A DNA stretch of 64,000 nt from Deltaproteobacteria bacterium (GTDB taxonomy: Bacteria > Myxococcota_A > Polyangia > Fen-1088), in the NCBI GenBank assembly GCA_033763315.1, contig JANRKS010000028.1:64001-128000 (forward strand). The letters are read 5' to 3'. Position numbers and translations under genes: made by a program. Shown in pieces: positions 49,637 to 59,796 of the stretch (position 1 is its first letter; each line of letters starts with the position of its first letter). Under the pieces are notes generated by a model. The model did not search any database. It saw only the letters and a list, made by a program, of their open reading frames with translations, and had not been told where the DNA came from.

Positions 49637-51504
49637 TGTTTTCCTCCGGCAGCAATACCAATATTCTTTTCGCGGAAAGCATTCGACAGCAAGATGGCCT
49701 TGAGGCTGTCATCCAAGCTGTCACCCGCCGCGCTTCGGATTCTTTCTAGAGTGCACCCGTCCTTCTCCTCGTCCTCGACCCGCGCGAACGTGTAACGAAA
49801 GTACTGTTTTGCAAGGCAGGCGGCCGGCTTGCCGGATTCCTCAAGCAAATCCGCCAAACCCTTTGCATCCGAAACTTCACGATCGTCATCAGGCGTGACT
49901 CGTGGAGCCACTTTTGTATCCACCGCTGTCGTAGAAATCACAGACCCACTGCTCACATCAAAGCGGCGCTCCATCGTGCGCGCCCGTCCAAGCGCATCAA
50001 AGCCTTCCGTAACGAAGCCGAGCGGGTTGATGAGGTACGTGTGGCAAGCCGCACACGAGGTACCCGGCGCTTCCGTCAGCACAGCGGCAATTTGCCGCTC
50101 CGTCGTGGCTTTGCTGGTATCGGTCTTGGCAGCTTCAGCAAGCGCATTGGCAGGCGGTGGCGGAATTTCATCGCACAAAATCGAGCGCCGAATGAACACG
50201 CCCTTCATGATCGGGTTCGTGCGCCCAGCGGGGTTCGCACGGTATAGAAGCGCGGGCCGCGTGAGCAAACCATCGCGGCCTGGGGCACGACGAGGTTCGC
50301 CGCTTGACCACGTCGAAACACCATAAATCTTCGCCAGCGCATCTGTAGACGGGAACACCGCGTTCGAGCGAAACAGATCTGAGAGGCGTCCACCATCACC
50401 CCCGCTGCGAATGTAGTTCACGAATTCCAAGACATCGCGAACCGCCGCCGGCTTCCACGTGGCGTCAGGCAAGTCACCACCCGCAAACGACTTATAAGCT
50501 TTCTCGTTCGACAGCCCCGCTGCGTCGGGCAATTCATCGAGGTGCCACCATTCCTCGAAGAACTTCTCCATCGTTTTCTTTGCGCGCGCGTCTGACGTCA
50601 CGCGGTTCACCGCGGCTTTCCATTGATCCGGGTTAGAGAGACCACCAGCGCGCGCCGCCTCCAACAACGAATCGTCGGGCGGCGCGTCCCACGCTTGATA
50701 CGAAAGTCGCGACGCCAGCTCCCAGTCATCGAGAGCGTAGCGGCCCTGCACCCCGGCAACCGCGTCCTTGCCTTGCTCCACCAGATACATCATCCTCGGC
50801 GAAATCAAGATCGTGGCGACCACGTTTGCAATGCCCTTGGCTGTGATGGGACTTGCACCGGCCACCGCCACGTAGCTATCAAGGTCCTCCTTGGCAAGCG
50901 GGCGCCGCTGCACCCGAGCTCCGAACTTTGCCACAAACGTTCTTAAACACGCGTCGTCGTTGGCTTTGTCTGTGTCCGTTGCACAGGCACCCACAAGCTC
51001 AGGCAACCGCAACGCGGTTGTGGCTTCCGACGCCACCGCCATGGCCACGTCCAACCACGCGTCAACGCCTTGTTGTGTGATGTCCTGGGCCAGTCGGCGG
51101 AACGTGCCGTGGGGCTCGTCCGCGATCTGCGGTCGCAACTCGATCGGCACAAGTGCCAGCTGGCGGTCGACGGCCTGCATGACCTCGGCGCCTGATTTAG
51201 GCAGTGAATAACGAACAACGTCACTCAGCGTGTTTTTGATCTGCGGCGCTGTAAGCTTGCGCAGCGGAGCGTCCTGCCACGTTTTTGACTGATCGCAGAC
51301 GAACGACTTCGGCGAACCCTCACCATCCACGCCGCCTGTACCAGGGGTGTCGCTGCCGCCCCCGCCCCCGCTCCCGTCGTCAGGAGAATCGTTTGAACCA
51401 CGCCCTTGGCCGTTGCTGGTGACCTGTCCGGAGCAGGCCGCGAGGCTTAAACAAACAGCCATCGTCAAGAACAGCGGGCGCGCGTAGGCGGGATCTTTGA
51501 ACAT
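49633..51504 (-). CDS. DUF1592/DUF1588 c-type heme lipoprotein, copy 4
   Basis: Lipobox LAAC; LRKLTAPQIKN, ISPRMMY, WELASRLSYQAWDAPPD, TNPIMKG...ILC, CAACH..INPLGFVTEGFD. Confidence 0.9.
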   Translation of the reverse strand: MFKDPAYARPLFLTMAVCLSLAACSGQVTSNGQGRGSNDSPDDGSGGGGGSDTPGTGGVDGEGSPKSFVCDQSKTWQDAPLRKLTAPQIKNTLSDVVRYSLPKSGAEVMQAVDRQLALVPIELRPQIADEPHGTFRRLAQDITQQGVDAWLDVAMAVASEATTALRLPELVGACATDTDKANDDACLRTFVAKFGARVQRRPLAKEDLDSYVAVAGASPITAKGIANVVATILISPRMMYLVEQGKDAVAGVQGRYALDDWELASRLSYQAWDAPPDDSLLEAARAGGLSNPDQWKAAVNRVTSDARAKKTMEKFFEEWWHLDELPDAAGLSNEKAYKSFAGGDLPDATWKPAAVRDVLEFVNYIRSGGDGGRLSDLFRSNAVFPSTDALAKIYGVSTWSSGEPRRAPGRDGLLTRPALLYRANPAGRTNPIMKGVFIRRSILCDEIPPPPANALAEAAKTDTSKATTERQIAAVLTEAPGTSCAACHTYLINPLGFVTEGFDALGRARTMERRFDVSSGSVISTTAVDTKVAPRVTPDDDREVSDAKGLADLLEESGKPAACLAKQYFRYTFARVEDEEKDGCTLERIRSAAGDSLDDSLKAILLSNAFREKNIGIAAGGKQ

Positions 51505-51680
51505 CTTAGAAACTCCAACCCTGTTGAAGCTTCACTGTCCCAGGTCGGATCGGCTCCGCCCAGCGCCGCGGCTACAGGATAGACTGCGCGAAATACTTAG
51601 TCGCAGTGCCGGCCGGGCTTTGCGATGGCGTTTATGTGCGCGCCAAACACGAGCGGCCTACCCGCATCGGCCCCTGCGCG

Positions 51681-52040
51681 TCAGGCCGCCCGCGGCTGCG
51701 GCGGCTCTAACGAGGAAAGAAACGCCATGAAGGCTTCGTTCGCACGATCCAACTTCACGGCGAAGCCCTCATTCTCAACACGCACCACACGCGCCGCCGC
51801 CACGCAGGAAACAGCGCCTGGCAACACAAACCCGAAGGCAACCATTTCGCCAACGCTCACGCCGGGTCCCGGCTTGCCCACGAAGCGACCACCGCCCCAG
51901 GAAACGTCTTGCAGCTCTATGTCTGCCGAACGACGGCCGCTGTCGAAGTGCACACGGATCGGCAAGCCCAAGTGATGGCGCTCATGAACGCGGCGCTCGC
52001 GTCCTGTCTTCTTCTGCTGCTTCACAACACTTAGGCCCAT
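51681..52040 (-). CDS. Stand-alone PilZ domain protein (c-di-GMP receptor)
   Basis: RVHER (RxxxR) and DVSWGG (DxSxxG) motifs. Confidence 0.85.
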   Translation of the reverse strand: MGLSVVKQQKKTGRERRVHERHHLGLPIRVHFDSGRRSADIELQDVSWGGGRFVGKPGPGVSVGEMVAFGFVLPGAVSCVAAARVVRVENEGFAVKLDRANEAFMAFLSSLEPPQPRAA

Positions 52041-52166
52041 TGCACTGTCCTCCTGCGGCGCTCTTTTGCACGAGGTTGTTCGGCACGAAGAGGAAACGCC
52101 TTAAGTACGAATGCAACAAAAATCGCCGTGGCAGCACAACACGCGAGTGCTTTGTAGGCGCCGAGG

Positions 52167-53270
52167 TTAGCCGACCTTGATGATCTTGCGTCGAAGCAAA
52201 CGCGACAGCGTACGCAGGGCCTCGAAGCGCCCCATGCCTGAGATATCTATCAACGTTTCAATCGGCAAAGTGCCATCGATACACGAAAGCAAAAAGCCCG
52301 TGCGGTGATCAAAACTGCTGGCATTCACTGTGGCGTCATCCACGGCCATCGTGGGCACACCGTGGCGACCAAGATGTGCGAAGAAGGCGCGCTCCAGCGC
52401 CGAACGTGCAGGTTCGATCACTTCTGCGATGCCGGGCGCGGGCGATTTTTCGGCGATCTGCAACAAGTCTTCTGCGGTATTTGCAGCCAGTTCGTTCTTG
52501 CCCGCCGCCAACGCTTCGTTGACCTGCTTAACCAACATCTTGCCGCGGTCGCGCGCTTCGGCCAACGCAAGATCTAGGGGCGTGTCAGCGCGAGATGGGG
52601 GGCGCGAGGCAGCCACGGGTGGCTCGACGCCCACAGGGCGGGTGATCACATCGGCCACGGGTGCTTGCGGCACGGCATCGTTGAACGAAACCGGCGCGGG
52701 GCGCGTGGATGGCTTCGGCAAAGCCGCGGGCGGCATCGGCGCCGCCACAGGCTTAACTGCCGTAGGAGCCGCGGGTTTGGGCGGAGGCGCGGGCATCGCG
52801 GGCTTGGGCGCCACGACCGCAGCGGGCGACGATGGTGGCGACGGCACGGCGGTGATCACTGTGGCCGTTCGCCGCATGTTTTCAGGCAAGGTGCTTGGCG
52901 CCAACAATTCGGGCAGCGTAGACACAAGCGTTTGACGGCGCTTGCGCACGCCTTCGTCCGCGTCAGCATCGTCTTGACCAGCAAACGTTGACGGCGCCTC
53001 ACCTCCGGGCGCTGTTCCTTCGTTCGTGCTCCAATCATCGGCGTCACTTGGGAACGGCGAGGGCTCACGCGAGGACGCTTTCGGAGGCACGGGCGTCTTC
53101 GCCGACATGCGCTCCTCGACGAACGAAACGAGCTTGCGCGCCTCCTCGTTGCCAGGATCGATTTGCAGCGCCTCTCGCCATAGGCCCAAGGCTTGTGGCA
53201 GATCGCCCCTGCCATAACTGGCAAGGCCACGCTCGATCAAACTGCGCGCGTCTTTGGCTCCGGCAGGCAC
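52167..53270 (-). CDS. TPR + Pro-rich linker + C-terminal winged-helix-like protein
   Basis: N-terminal TPR (GDLPQALGLWREALQIDPGN); C-terminal DHRTGFLLSCIDG...I..LIDISGM.RFEALR.L. Confidence 0.7.
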   Translation of the reverse strand: MPAGAKDARSLIERGLASYGRGDLPQALGLWREALQIDPGNEEARKLVSFVEERMSAKTPVPPKASSREPSPFPSDADDWSTNEGTAPGGEAPSTFAGQDDADADEGVRKRRQTLVSTLPELLAPSTLPENMRRTATVITAVPSPPSSPAAVVAPKPAMPAPPPKPAAPTAVKPVAAPMPPAALPKPSTRPAPVSFNDAVPQAPVADVITRPVGVEPPVAASRPPSRADTPLDLALAEARDRGKMLVKQVNEALAAGKNELAANTAEDLLQIAEKSPAPGIAEVIEPARSALERAFFAHLGRHGVPTMAVDDATVNASSFDHRTGFLLSCIDGTLPIETLIDISGMGRFEALRTLSRLLRRKIIKVG

Positions 53271-53284
53271 TTTTGGTTCCGCTT

Positions 53285-55114
53285 CTATTTCTCGGTGTCT
53301 TTCACAAGACTCTTGAACATTTGCAATGTGCGCCCCATGGCCGCCTTCATGCGTGCCAGTTCTTCTGGGTCTTTGACCGCCAGGGCCGTTCTCGCCTGCT
53401 CCACCGTCGAACGCGCGGCCTCCATGCCCTGGGTGCCTAAGGCCGACTGTGCCAGGGCCTTCTCCACGCGGGGCATCAACGCGGTGGCTTCATCCACCAA
53501 CTTCTCCACCGCTTGGCGCTCCTTTTCCACGCCTTCGTCGGCCCGCACCGTCACCATGTATTCGTTTTGCTCGGTGGCCATGGCGACGATCTCGGCTTCC
53601 GTGAGGCCGCTGGTTGCCGTCACGGTGATGGATTGCTGCTGCCCGGTCTCCATGTCGCGGGCCGAGACGCTCACGATGCCGTCAGCCGAGATCTCGAACA
53701 TAACCTCGACTTCCACTTCACCCCGCATGGCTTTACGCAGCCCCGTGAGCACGAATTCGCCCAGCAATTCGTTTTCGTCGGCTCGGTCATTTTCGCCCTG
53801 CATGACCAAGATCTTCACCGACGTTTGATCATCGCGCGTGGTGGTGAAGATGTGGCTCTTGGCCGTGGGTATCGTTGTATTGCGATCGATCAAGCGGTGA
53901 AAGTAGCCGCCCATCACCATGATGCCCAAGCTGTGCGGCGTGACGTCCAACAACAGCATGTCGGCCGTGTTCTCGATGAGGGACGCCCCCTGGATGGAAG
54001 CGCCCATCGCCACAACTTCGTCGGGGTGAACGCCTTTGCACGGCTCTTTGCCGAAGAACTCCGCAACCATCTCTTGCACCTTCGGCATGCGGGTCATCCC
54101 GCCCACCAAGATGACTTCCAAGATGTCTGTCTTTTCGACGCCCGCGTCGTCCAACGCGCCTTTGCAAATGCGCAGCGTGCGTTCGACCAAATCATGCGTC
54201 AGCTCTTCCAGCTTGTGACGCGATAGCGGCCGCTGCAAATGCAAGGCTTGGGCGCGGCCCGTGGAGATCAAAAACGGCAAATTGATTTCCGCCTCACGCA
54301 CCGCCGAAAGATCGCATTTGGCTTTCTCCGCCGAATCTTTGAGGCGCTGCAAGGCCATCATGTCGGTGCGCAGATCGATGTTGTGCTCCTTGCGGAAACC
54401 ACCCACCAACCAATCGATGATGCGTTTGTCGAAATCCTCGCCACCCAAGAAGGTGTCGCCCGCGGTGGACACAACCTCGAACACGCCATTTGAGATCTCA
54501 AGGATCGAAATGTCGAAGGTGCCGCCCCCCAGATCGTAAATGGCGATGCGGCCTTCGATGTCTTTGCCAAAACCATAGGCCAAAGCCGCGGCGGTGGGTT
54601 CGTTGATGATGCGTATGACATCGAGCCCTGCGATGCGGCCGGCGTCTTTGGTGGCTTGGCGTTGCCCATCGTTGAAGTAGGCAGGCACGGTGACCACGGC
54701 CTTGCGCACCTCTTCACCCAGGTGATCCTCGGCCACGCGCTTCATCTCTTGCAGCACGAACGCAGAGATCTCAGGCAGCGAAAACACTTGCTCGCGCAGT
54801 TCCACGCGCACGTCTTGGTGCGGACCTTCCACAATTTTGTAAGGCACCATTTCGCGGATCGCTTTGACGGCGGGCGAGCTCCACGAGCGGCCGATCAATC
54901 GTTTAACGGAATACGCGGTGTTTTCGGCGTTTGTCACCGCTTGACGCTTGGCTATGTGGCCCACGAGGCGCCGACCGCTCTCCGAGATGGCCACCACCGA
55001 AGGCGTGGTTTTGTAGCCACCACGGTTGGGGATCACCACCGGCGCGCCCTCCTCCACCACTGCCACACAGGAGTTTGTCGTCCCGAGATCGATGCCAATT
55101 ACACGTTCAGTCAT
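53285..55114 (-). CDS. dnaK: Hsp70/DnaK family chaperone (paralog)
   Basis: [51 protein letters not shown]. Confidence 0.93.
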   Translation of the reverse strand: MTERVIGIDLGTTNSCVAVVEEGAPVVIPNRGGYKTTPSVVAISESGRRLVGHIAKRQAVTNAENTAYSVKRLIGRSWSSPAVKAIREMVPYKIVEGPHQDVRVELREQVFSLPEISAFVLQEMKRVAEDHLGEEVRKAVVTVPAYFNDGQRQATKDAGRIAGLDVIRIINEPTAAALAYGFGKDIEGRIAIYDLGGGTFDISILEISNGVFEVVSTAGDTFLGGEDFDKRIIDWLVGGFRKEHNIDLRTDMMALQRLKDSAEKAKCDLSAVREAEINLPFLISTGRAQALHLQRPLSRHKLEELTHDLVERTLRICKGALDDAGVEKTDILEVILVGGMTRMPKVQEMVAEFFGKEPCKGVHPDEVVAMGASIQGASLIENTADMLLLDVTPHSLGIMVMGGYFHRLIDRNTTIPTAKSHIFTTTRDDQTSVKILVMQGENDRADENELLGEFVLTGLRKAMRGEVEVEVMFEISADGIVSVSARDMETGQQQSITVTATSGLTEAEIVAMATEQNEYMVTVRADEGVEKERQAVEKLVDEATALMPRVEKALAQSALGTQGMEAARSTVEQARTALAVKDPEELARMKAAMGRTLQMFKSLVKDTEK

Positions 55115-55256
55115 CGGACCCAACCTTCACGGTAACACGGTGCATGCAACAAGCCACTTACTTGCCATCGGCAACTACGCAGGATCTTGTATGTATCCGC
55201 TGGTGGGATTGAGTCGCACCCCCGCACTGCCCCCCTGCGCTGGGTCAAAGGGCGCT

Positions 55257-55667
55257 TTACAACGGGCCGGCAAACGCGCCGTGGCCGCCATAGCCCGATC
55301 GCTCGTCCGCGTCGTCGTCGGTGCGCCGCTGGCTTTGCGCCTCGTCCAAACGGCGGGCGGCTTCCATCAGGAGGAACGTGGTGTGGCGTTGAATTTCGTC
55401 GGGGCCAATCACATCGGCCTGCCACAGTTCAAACACGCCGGTGTTCCACGCCAACAGCCTCATCACCGCGTCCACACCACTTTGCCGCTGTTGGCCTTCA
55501 ATCTGCGCGCGGATGACCCGGCCATCGCGCAAAAACAGGCGGCCGAGTTGCTTGCCCCGCTGCAGGATCAAGATGCCGCCGCGCTTTTCCATATCGAGGA
55601 TGGTCAGCAAGGTTGGCAGGCCAATCTTGTCTAAATCTCCACGCAGTATGGATCGGGCTGGGGTCAT
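55257..55667 (-). CDS. DUF4388 (PatA_N-like) domain protein
   Basis: LRGDL..IGLPTLLTILDMEKRGGIL...G.LFLRDGRV..A...W..G.F...LLMEAARRLDE. Confidence 0.85.
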   Translation of the reverse strand: MTPARSILRGDLDKIGLPTLLTILDMEKRGGILILQRGKQLGRLFLRDGRVIRAQIEGQQRQSGVDAVMRLLAWNTGVFELWQADVIGPDEIQRHTTFLLMEAARRLDEAQSQRRTDDDADERSGYGGHGAFAGPL

Positions 55668-55787
55668 GTTTCCTCGCGAACTTCGACATGTTCACGGCAG
55701 CTCACGAGAAGCGCAAAAAATCAAACACAAATTCCCGGCGCCTCCACAAAGGCCAAGCCGCTGCCACCGGCTGCTATTCTTGGCGAG

Positions 55788-56636
55788 ATGCTAAGCGAAG
55801 TGGCCGCCGGGCCCTACAACATAAAAGGGGTCTCCCTGGGCGGCATCTACACCTCGCTTTATGTGCCTGAACTGGACGCCCTGTTGGACGTGGGCATGGC
55901 CCCGCGTCAGTTGGCTTCGGCCCGCAACCTGTTTATCAGCCACGGCCACGCGGATCACATTGGGGCGATTGGGACCCTGATGGGCATAAGGGGGTTGCAC
56001 CGCGCGCCCGCGCCGCGCGTGTTTGTGCCCGCCGCCATCGCGGATCACCTGCGCGAAACATTGCAGGCCTTGGCCAAGATGCAGCGCTACGACATGGACG
56101 TGGACCTTGTGCCCATGGAACCGGGCGAAGAGCGGCCCTACAAGGGCAACATGTTCGTGCGCGCCTTCCGCACGCATCACCCGGTGCCGTCGCTCGGTTA
56201 CCAGTTTGTTAGGCGCACGCAGAAACTCAAACACGAGTTCGCCGGTTTGCCGGGGCACGAAATCGCGAAACGAAAAGCCGCCGGCGACGACCTGTTTTTC
56301 AGCCATGACAGTCTGGAGCTGGCTTACGCCACCGACACGTTGCTGCGGGTGATCGACACGCACCCGTCGCTGCTGCAAACGCGCGTGCTGATCATGGAAT
56401 GCTCGTTCTTAGATGAACAGAAGGATTTGGCTTCCAGCCGCGCCGGTTGCCACATTCATTTGGACGAAGTGCTTGAACGCGCCGATGACTTTGCCAATGA
56501 GGCGTTGGTGCTTATGCATTTTTCGCAGCTCTACGAGCCGCATATGGTGCGCAAGATCTTGCACGAGCGGTGCCCGCCCGCTTTGATGGCGCGCGTTGTG
56601 CCATTCCTGCCCCACAGTGATTTGTGGCAGATCTAA
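55788..56636 (+). CDS. Metallo-beta-lactamase-fold ribonuclease Z (TM-type)
   Basis: GVSLGG, SHGHADH, H.VPSLGY, KLK.EF.GLPG.EI exosite, ATDT, MECSF, HIH, MHFS. Confidence 0.8.
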   Translation: MLSEVAAGPYNIKGVSLGGIYTSLYVPELDALLDVGMAPRQLASARNLFISHGHADHIGAIGTLMGIRGLHRAPAPRVFVPAAIADHLRETLQALAKMQRYDMDVDLVPMEPGEERPYKGNMFVRAFRTHHPVPSLGYQFVRRTQKLKHEFAGLPGHEIAKRKAAGDDLFFSHDSLELAYATDTLLRVIDTHPSLLQTRVLIMECSFLDEQKDLASSRAGCHIHLDEVLERADDFANEALVLMHFSQLYEPHMVRKILHERCPPALMARVVPFLPHSDLWQI

Positions 56637-56669
56637 GCCAAACGGCGCCACCACGGCACGAGCGGTGCC

Positions 56670-59600
56670 CTAGGAAGCCAAGGTACCGCTTGAGGCCAAC
56701 GACGGCACCGACGCGTCTTCGACGGTTTCTTTGTGATGGGTCTTCGCCATCAATACGTAAACAGAGGGCACCACGAACAGCGTGAACAACGTGCCGATCG
56801 TCATGCCGCCCACCAACACGATGCCGATCGAATTACGAGCCACGGCGCCTGGGCCTGAAACCAGGGTGAGCGGGAAGTGCCCCACCACGGTGGCAATGGT
56901 GGTCATCAAGATGGGACGCAAGCGCGTGATGGCGGCCGAACGAACCGCATCCAACTTCGACATGCCCTCGGCTTGCCGTGCGTTGGCGAACTCAACAATC
57001 AAGATGCCGTTCTTCGCCACCAGGCCCACAAGCGTCACCAAGCCCACCTGCGAATAGATGTTTAAGGTGGTGGTCCACCCTTCTGTGAGCCCGAACGAAA
57101 GCCCCGGCGGGCCCGCAAACTTCAAGAAGGTGAAGATCAAAGCACCGAACATGGCCAACGGCACCGAGCCGGCCAAGATGACGAACGGATCACGGAATGA
57201 GTTGAACTGCGCCGCCAGCACCAAGAAGATGAGCAAGATGGCCAAGCCCATGGCAGGCAAGAATTTGCCACTCTCTTGGCGCAGCTGCCTTGATTCGCCG
57301 GTGTAATTGATCTGATAGCCGGGGGGCAAAATCTTCTTCGCCGCGGTTTCCAGCACCTTGAGGCCGTTGTCGAGCGACTGCGGTGCGAGGCCGGAGATCT
57401 TCACCGAGTTGAGCTGCTGAAAGCGGTTCAATGTACGCGGTTCGACGCTGTTGCGAATCGTTGCCACCGCAGACAACGGCATCAACGAACCGTTGGCGCC
57501 CGTGATGTGGATGTCTTGCAGTTGATCGGTGGTCAAACGGCCGGCTCGCTCGGTTTGCGCAATGACCTTGTAGCTGCGGCCTTCAATGTTGAAACGGTTC
57601 ACATAGTTGCCACCCAACATCGTGCCCAGATCGGCGCCCACCTGCTGCATCGTGAGGCCCATGCTGGCGATCTTCTCGCGGTCCAAAACCACTTCGGCCT
57701 TGGCCTGATCGATGCGCACATCGGTGACGGGCGGAAACGCGAACTGGCCGCTTGTGGTGGCCGTCAACACCAATTGTTGAGCGTAGTCCACGATCTCTTC
57801 GTGCGGGGCCGTGGACGAGATAACGAATTCCACGGGGAACGTGCCGGGGCTGGGCAGCGCGGGCGGCAAGAACACGGGCGCACGCACGCCCGGGTTCATC
57901 ATCAACATGCCGAACACCTGCGGCTGAATCTCAAAGATGGTGCGTTTGCGCTCGTCCCAGGGCTTGACGATCATGCCGCCGAAACCACCCGAAGGAAACG
58001 TGATCTGGAAGCTGTGATCAAATTCGGGGAACGACATAAATACGTTGTTCACGTACTCGGTAAAGGGTGTCACCTGTTCAAGAGTGGCGTTGGCCGGCAC
58101 GTCAACGGCGCCAAACACAACACCCTGGTCTTCGTAAGGCGCAAGCTCGGCAGCCGAGAACAAATAAAGTGGAATGGCCAACAGCGACAAACCAATCCAC
58201 ACCACATAAACGGCGGGCCGCGCACCCAGCGTGATGTCCAACAGCCGGGTGTACGTGCGCGACAGGCGCGCAAAGCCGTTGTTGATCACATCGCCAAAGC
58301 GCGTGTGATGTTGCGCCTTGAGTAGCTTCGACGACATCATCGGCGACAACGTCAACGCCACGACGCCCGAGATGAACACAGCGCCCGCCAACGTAAACGC
58401 GAACTCCCGAAACAGAGCACCGGTGAGACCGCCCTGAAAGCCGATGGGCGTATAGACCGCGGCCAAGGTGATCGTCATGGCGATGATGGGGCCCACCAAT
58501 TCGCGCGCGCTCAACATGGCCGCCTGGAAGGGCGACTTGCCTTCGCGGATGTTGCGTTCAACGTTCTCCACCACAACGATCGCGTCATCCACCACCAAGC
58601 CTACCGCCAGCACCACAGCCAACAACGTCAGCAAGTTGATCGTGAAGCCCAGCAGCTGCATGAAAAACACAGCGCCGATCAGCGAAACCGGAATCGCCAC
58701 CAGCGGCACCAGCACGGTGCGCACGGAGCCTAAGAACAAGAAGATCACGATAATGACGATGCCCACCGTTTCAAGCAACGTCTTGCGCACCTCGGAGATG
58801 GCGCTTTGAATGTATTTGGTGGCGTCAAAGGCGATGTTGGCGTCGAGACCCGAGGGCAGCTCTTTTTGCAACAAATCCATCTCTGTGCGCACGCGGGCAA
58901 TCACGTCCAACGAGTTCGCCGTGGGCAACACCCACACGCCCATGAACACCGCGCGCTGGCCTGAAAAGCGCACGTCTTGCTCATAGTTGTCGGCCCCCAA
59001 GACCACTTCTGCAACGTCTTCGAGGCGCACCAGGGCGCCATCTTCCTGGCGAATCACAAGCTTACGAAAATCATCCACGTTCTTGACGTCGGTGCTGGCC
59101 GTCAAGTTGAGCTGAATGTATTGCCCCTTGGTTTGCCCCACCGCGGAAAGGAAGTTGTTGGCCGAAAGTGCCTGGCGCACCTGCGAAGGGCTTACATTCA
59201 AAGCCGCCATGCGATCAGGCTTGAGCCACGCGCGCAAAGCGAATGTGCGGCCGCCCAGAATGTCTGCGCGCTGCACGCCCTCCAACGCCGAAAGGCGCGG
59301 CTGAACGACGCGAATCAAATAATCCGTGACTTGGTTTTCCTGCAGCAGCTTGGACGCGAAGCTTAGATACATCGAAGCGAACACGGAGTCCGAAGGTTCC
59401 ACGTTGATGGCGGGGATTTCGGCTTCAGGCGGCAGATCCCCACGCACTTGGTTGACGCGCGCGCTGATGTCCGAAAGTGCGTTGGCGGGGCTGAAGTTCA
59501 GCTTCAAGCGCACGTTGATCGTGGAGAGCCCCTGGTCGCTTTGCGATTCGATGTAGTCTATGCCGTCAGCGGCCGCGATGGCGCGCTCGAGCGGCGTGGT

Positions 59601-59789
59601 GATGAAGCCGCGCACCAGATCGGCGCTGGCGCCCACATAAGGCGTGCGCACGGTGACCGTGGCGCTTTCAAGCTTGGGGTATTGCCTGACGTTGAGCGTT
59701 TTGATCGCTTGTGCCCCGGCAATGATGATCACCAGGTTTACGACGATGGCCAAAACCGGGCGCTTGATGAAAATATCTGTAAAACGCAT
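56670..59789 (-). CDS. RND efflux permease (AcrB/MexW-like)
   Basis: FIKRPVLA, GLVVDDAIVVVEN, KNGILIVEFAN, RLRPILMTT; 1039 aa. Confidence 0.95.
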   Translation of the reverse strand: MRFTDIFIKRPVLAIVVNLVIIIAGAQAIKTLNVRQYPKLESATVTVRTPYVGASADLVRGFITTPLERAIAAADGIDYIESQSDQGLSTINVRLKLNFSPANALSDISARVNQVRGDLPPEAEIPAINVEPSDSVFASMYLSFASKLLQENQVTDYLIRVVQPRLSALEGVQRADILGGRTFALRAWLKPDRMAALNVSPSQVRQALSANNFLSAVGQTKGQYIQLNLTASTDVKNVDDFRKLVIRQEDGALVRLEDVAEVVLGADNYEQDVRFSGQRAVFMGVWVLPTANSLDVIARVRTEMDLLQKELPSGLDANIAFDATKYIQSAISEVRKTLLETVGIVIIVIFLFLGSVRTVLVPLVAIPVSLIGAVFFMQLLGFTINLLTLLAVVLAVGLVVDDAIVVVENVERNIREGKSPFQAAMLSARELVGPIIAMTITLAAVYTPIGFQGGLTGALFREFAFTLAGAVFISGVVALTLSPMMSSKLLKAQHHTRFGDVINNGFARLSRTYTRLLDITLGARPAVYVVWIGLSLLAIPLYLFSAAELAPYEDQGVVFGAVDVPANATLEQVTPFTEYVNNVFMSFPEFDHSFQITFPSGGFGGMIVKPWDERKRTIFEIQPQVFGMLMMNPGVRAPVFLPPALPSPGTFPVEFVISSTAPHEEIVDYAQQLVLTATTSGQFAFPPVTDVRIDQAKAEVVLDREKIASMGLTMQQVGADLGTMLGGNYVNRFNIEGRSYKVIAQTERAGRLTTDQLQDIHITGANGSLMPLSAVATIRNSVEPRTLNRFQQLNSVKISGLAPQSLDNGLKVLETAAKKILPPGYQINYTGESRQLRQESGKFLPAMGLAILLIFLVLAAQFNSFRDPFVILAGSVPLAMFGALIFTFLKFAGPPGLSFGLTEGWTTTLNIYSQVGLVTLVGLVAKNGILIVEFANARQAEGMSKLDAVRSAAITRLRPILMTTIATVVGHFPLTLVSGPGAVARNSIGIVLVGGMTIGTLFTLFVVPSVYVLMAKTHHKETVEDASVPSLASSGTLAS

Positions 59790-59796
59790 GGTGGGT

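Noticed and set aside
51535-51544. Palindrome TGAAGCTTCA upstream of DUF1592 copy 4
   Set aside because: Single occurrence with a different consensus and no supporting second copy.
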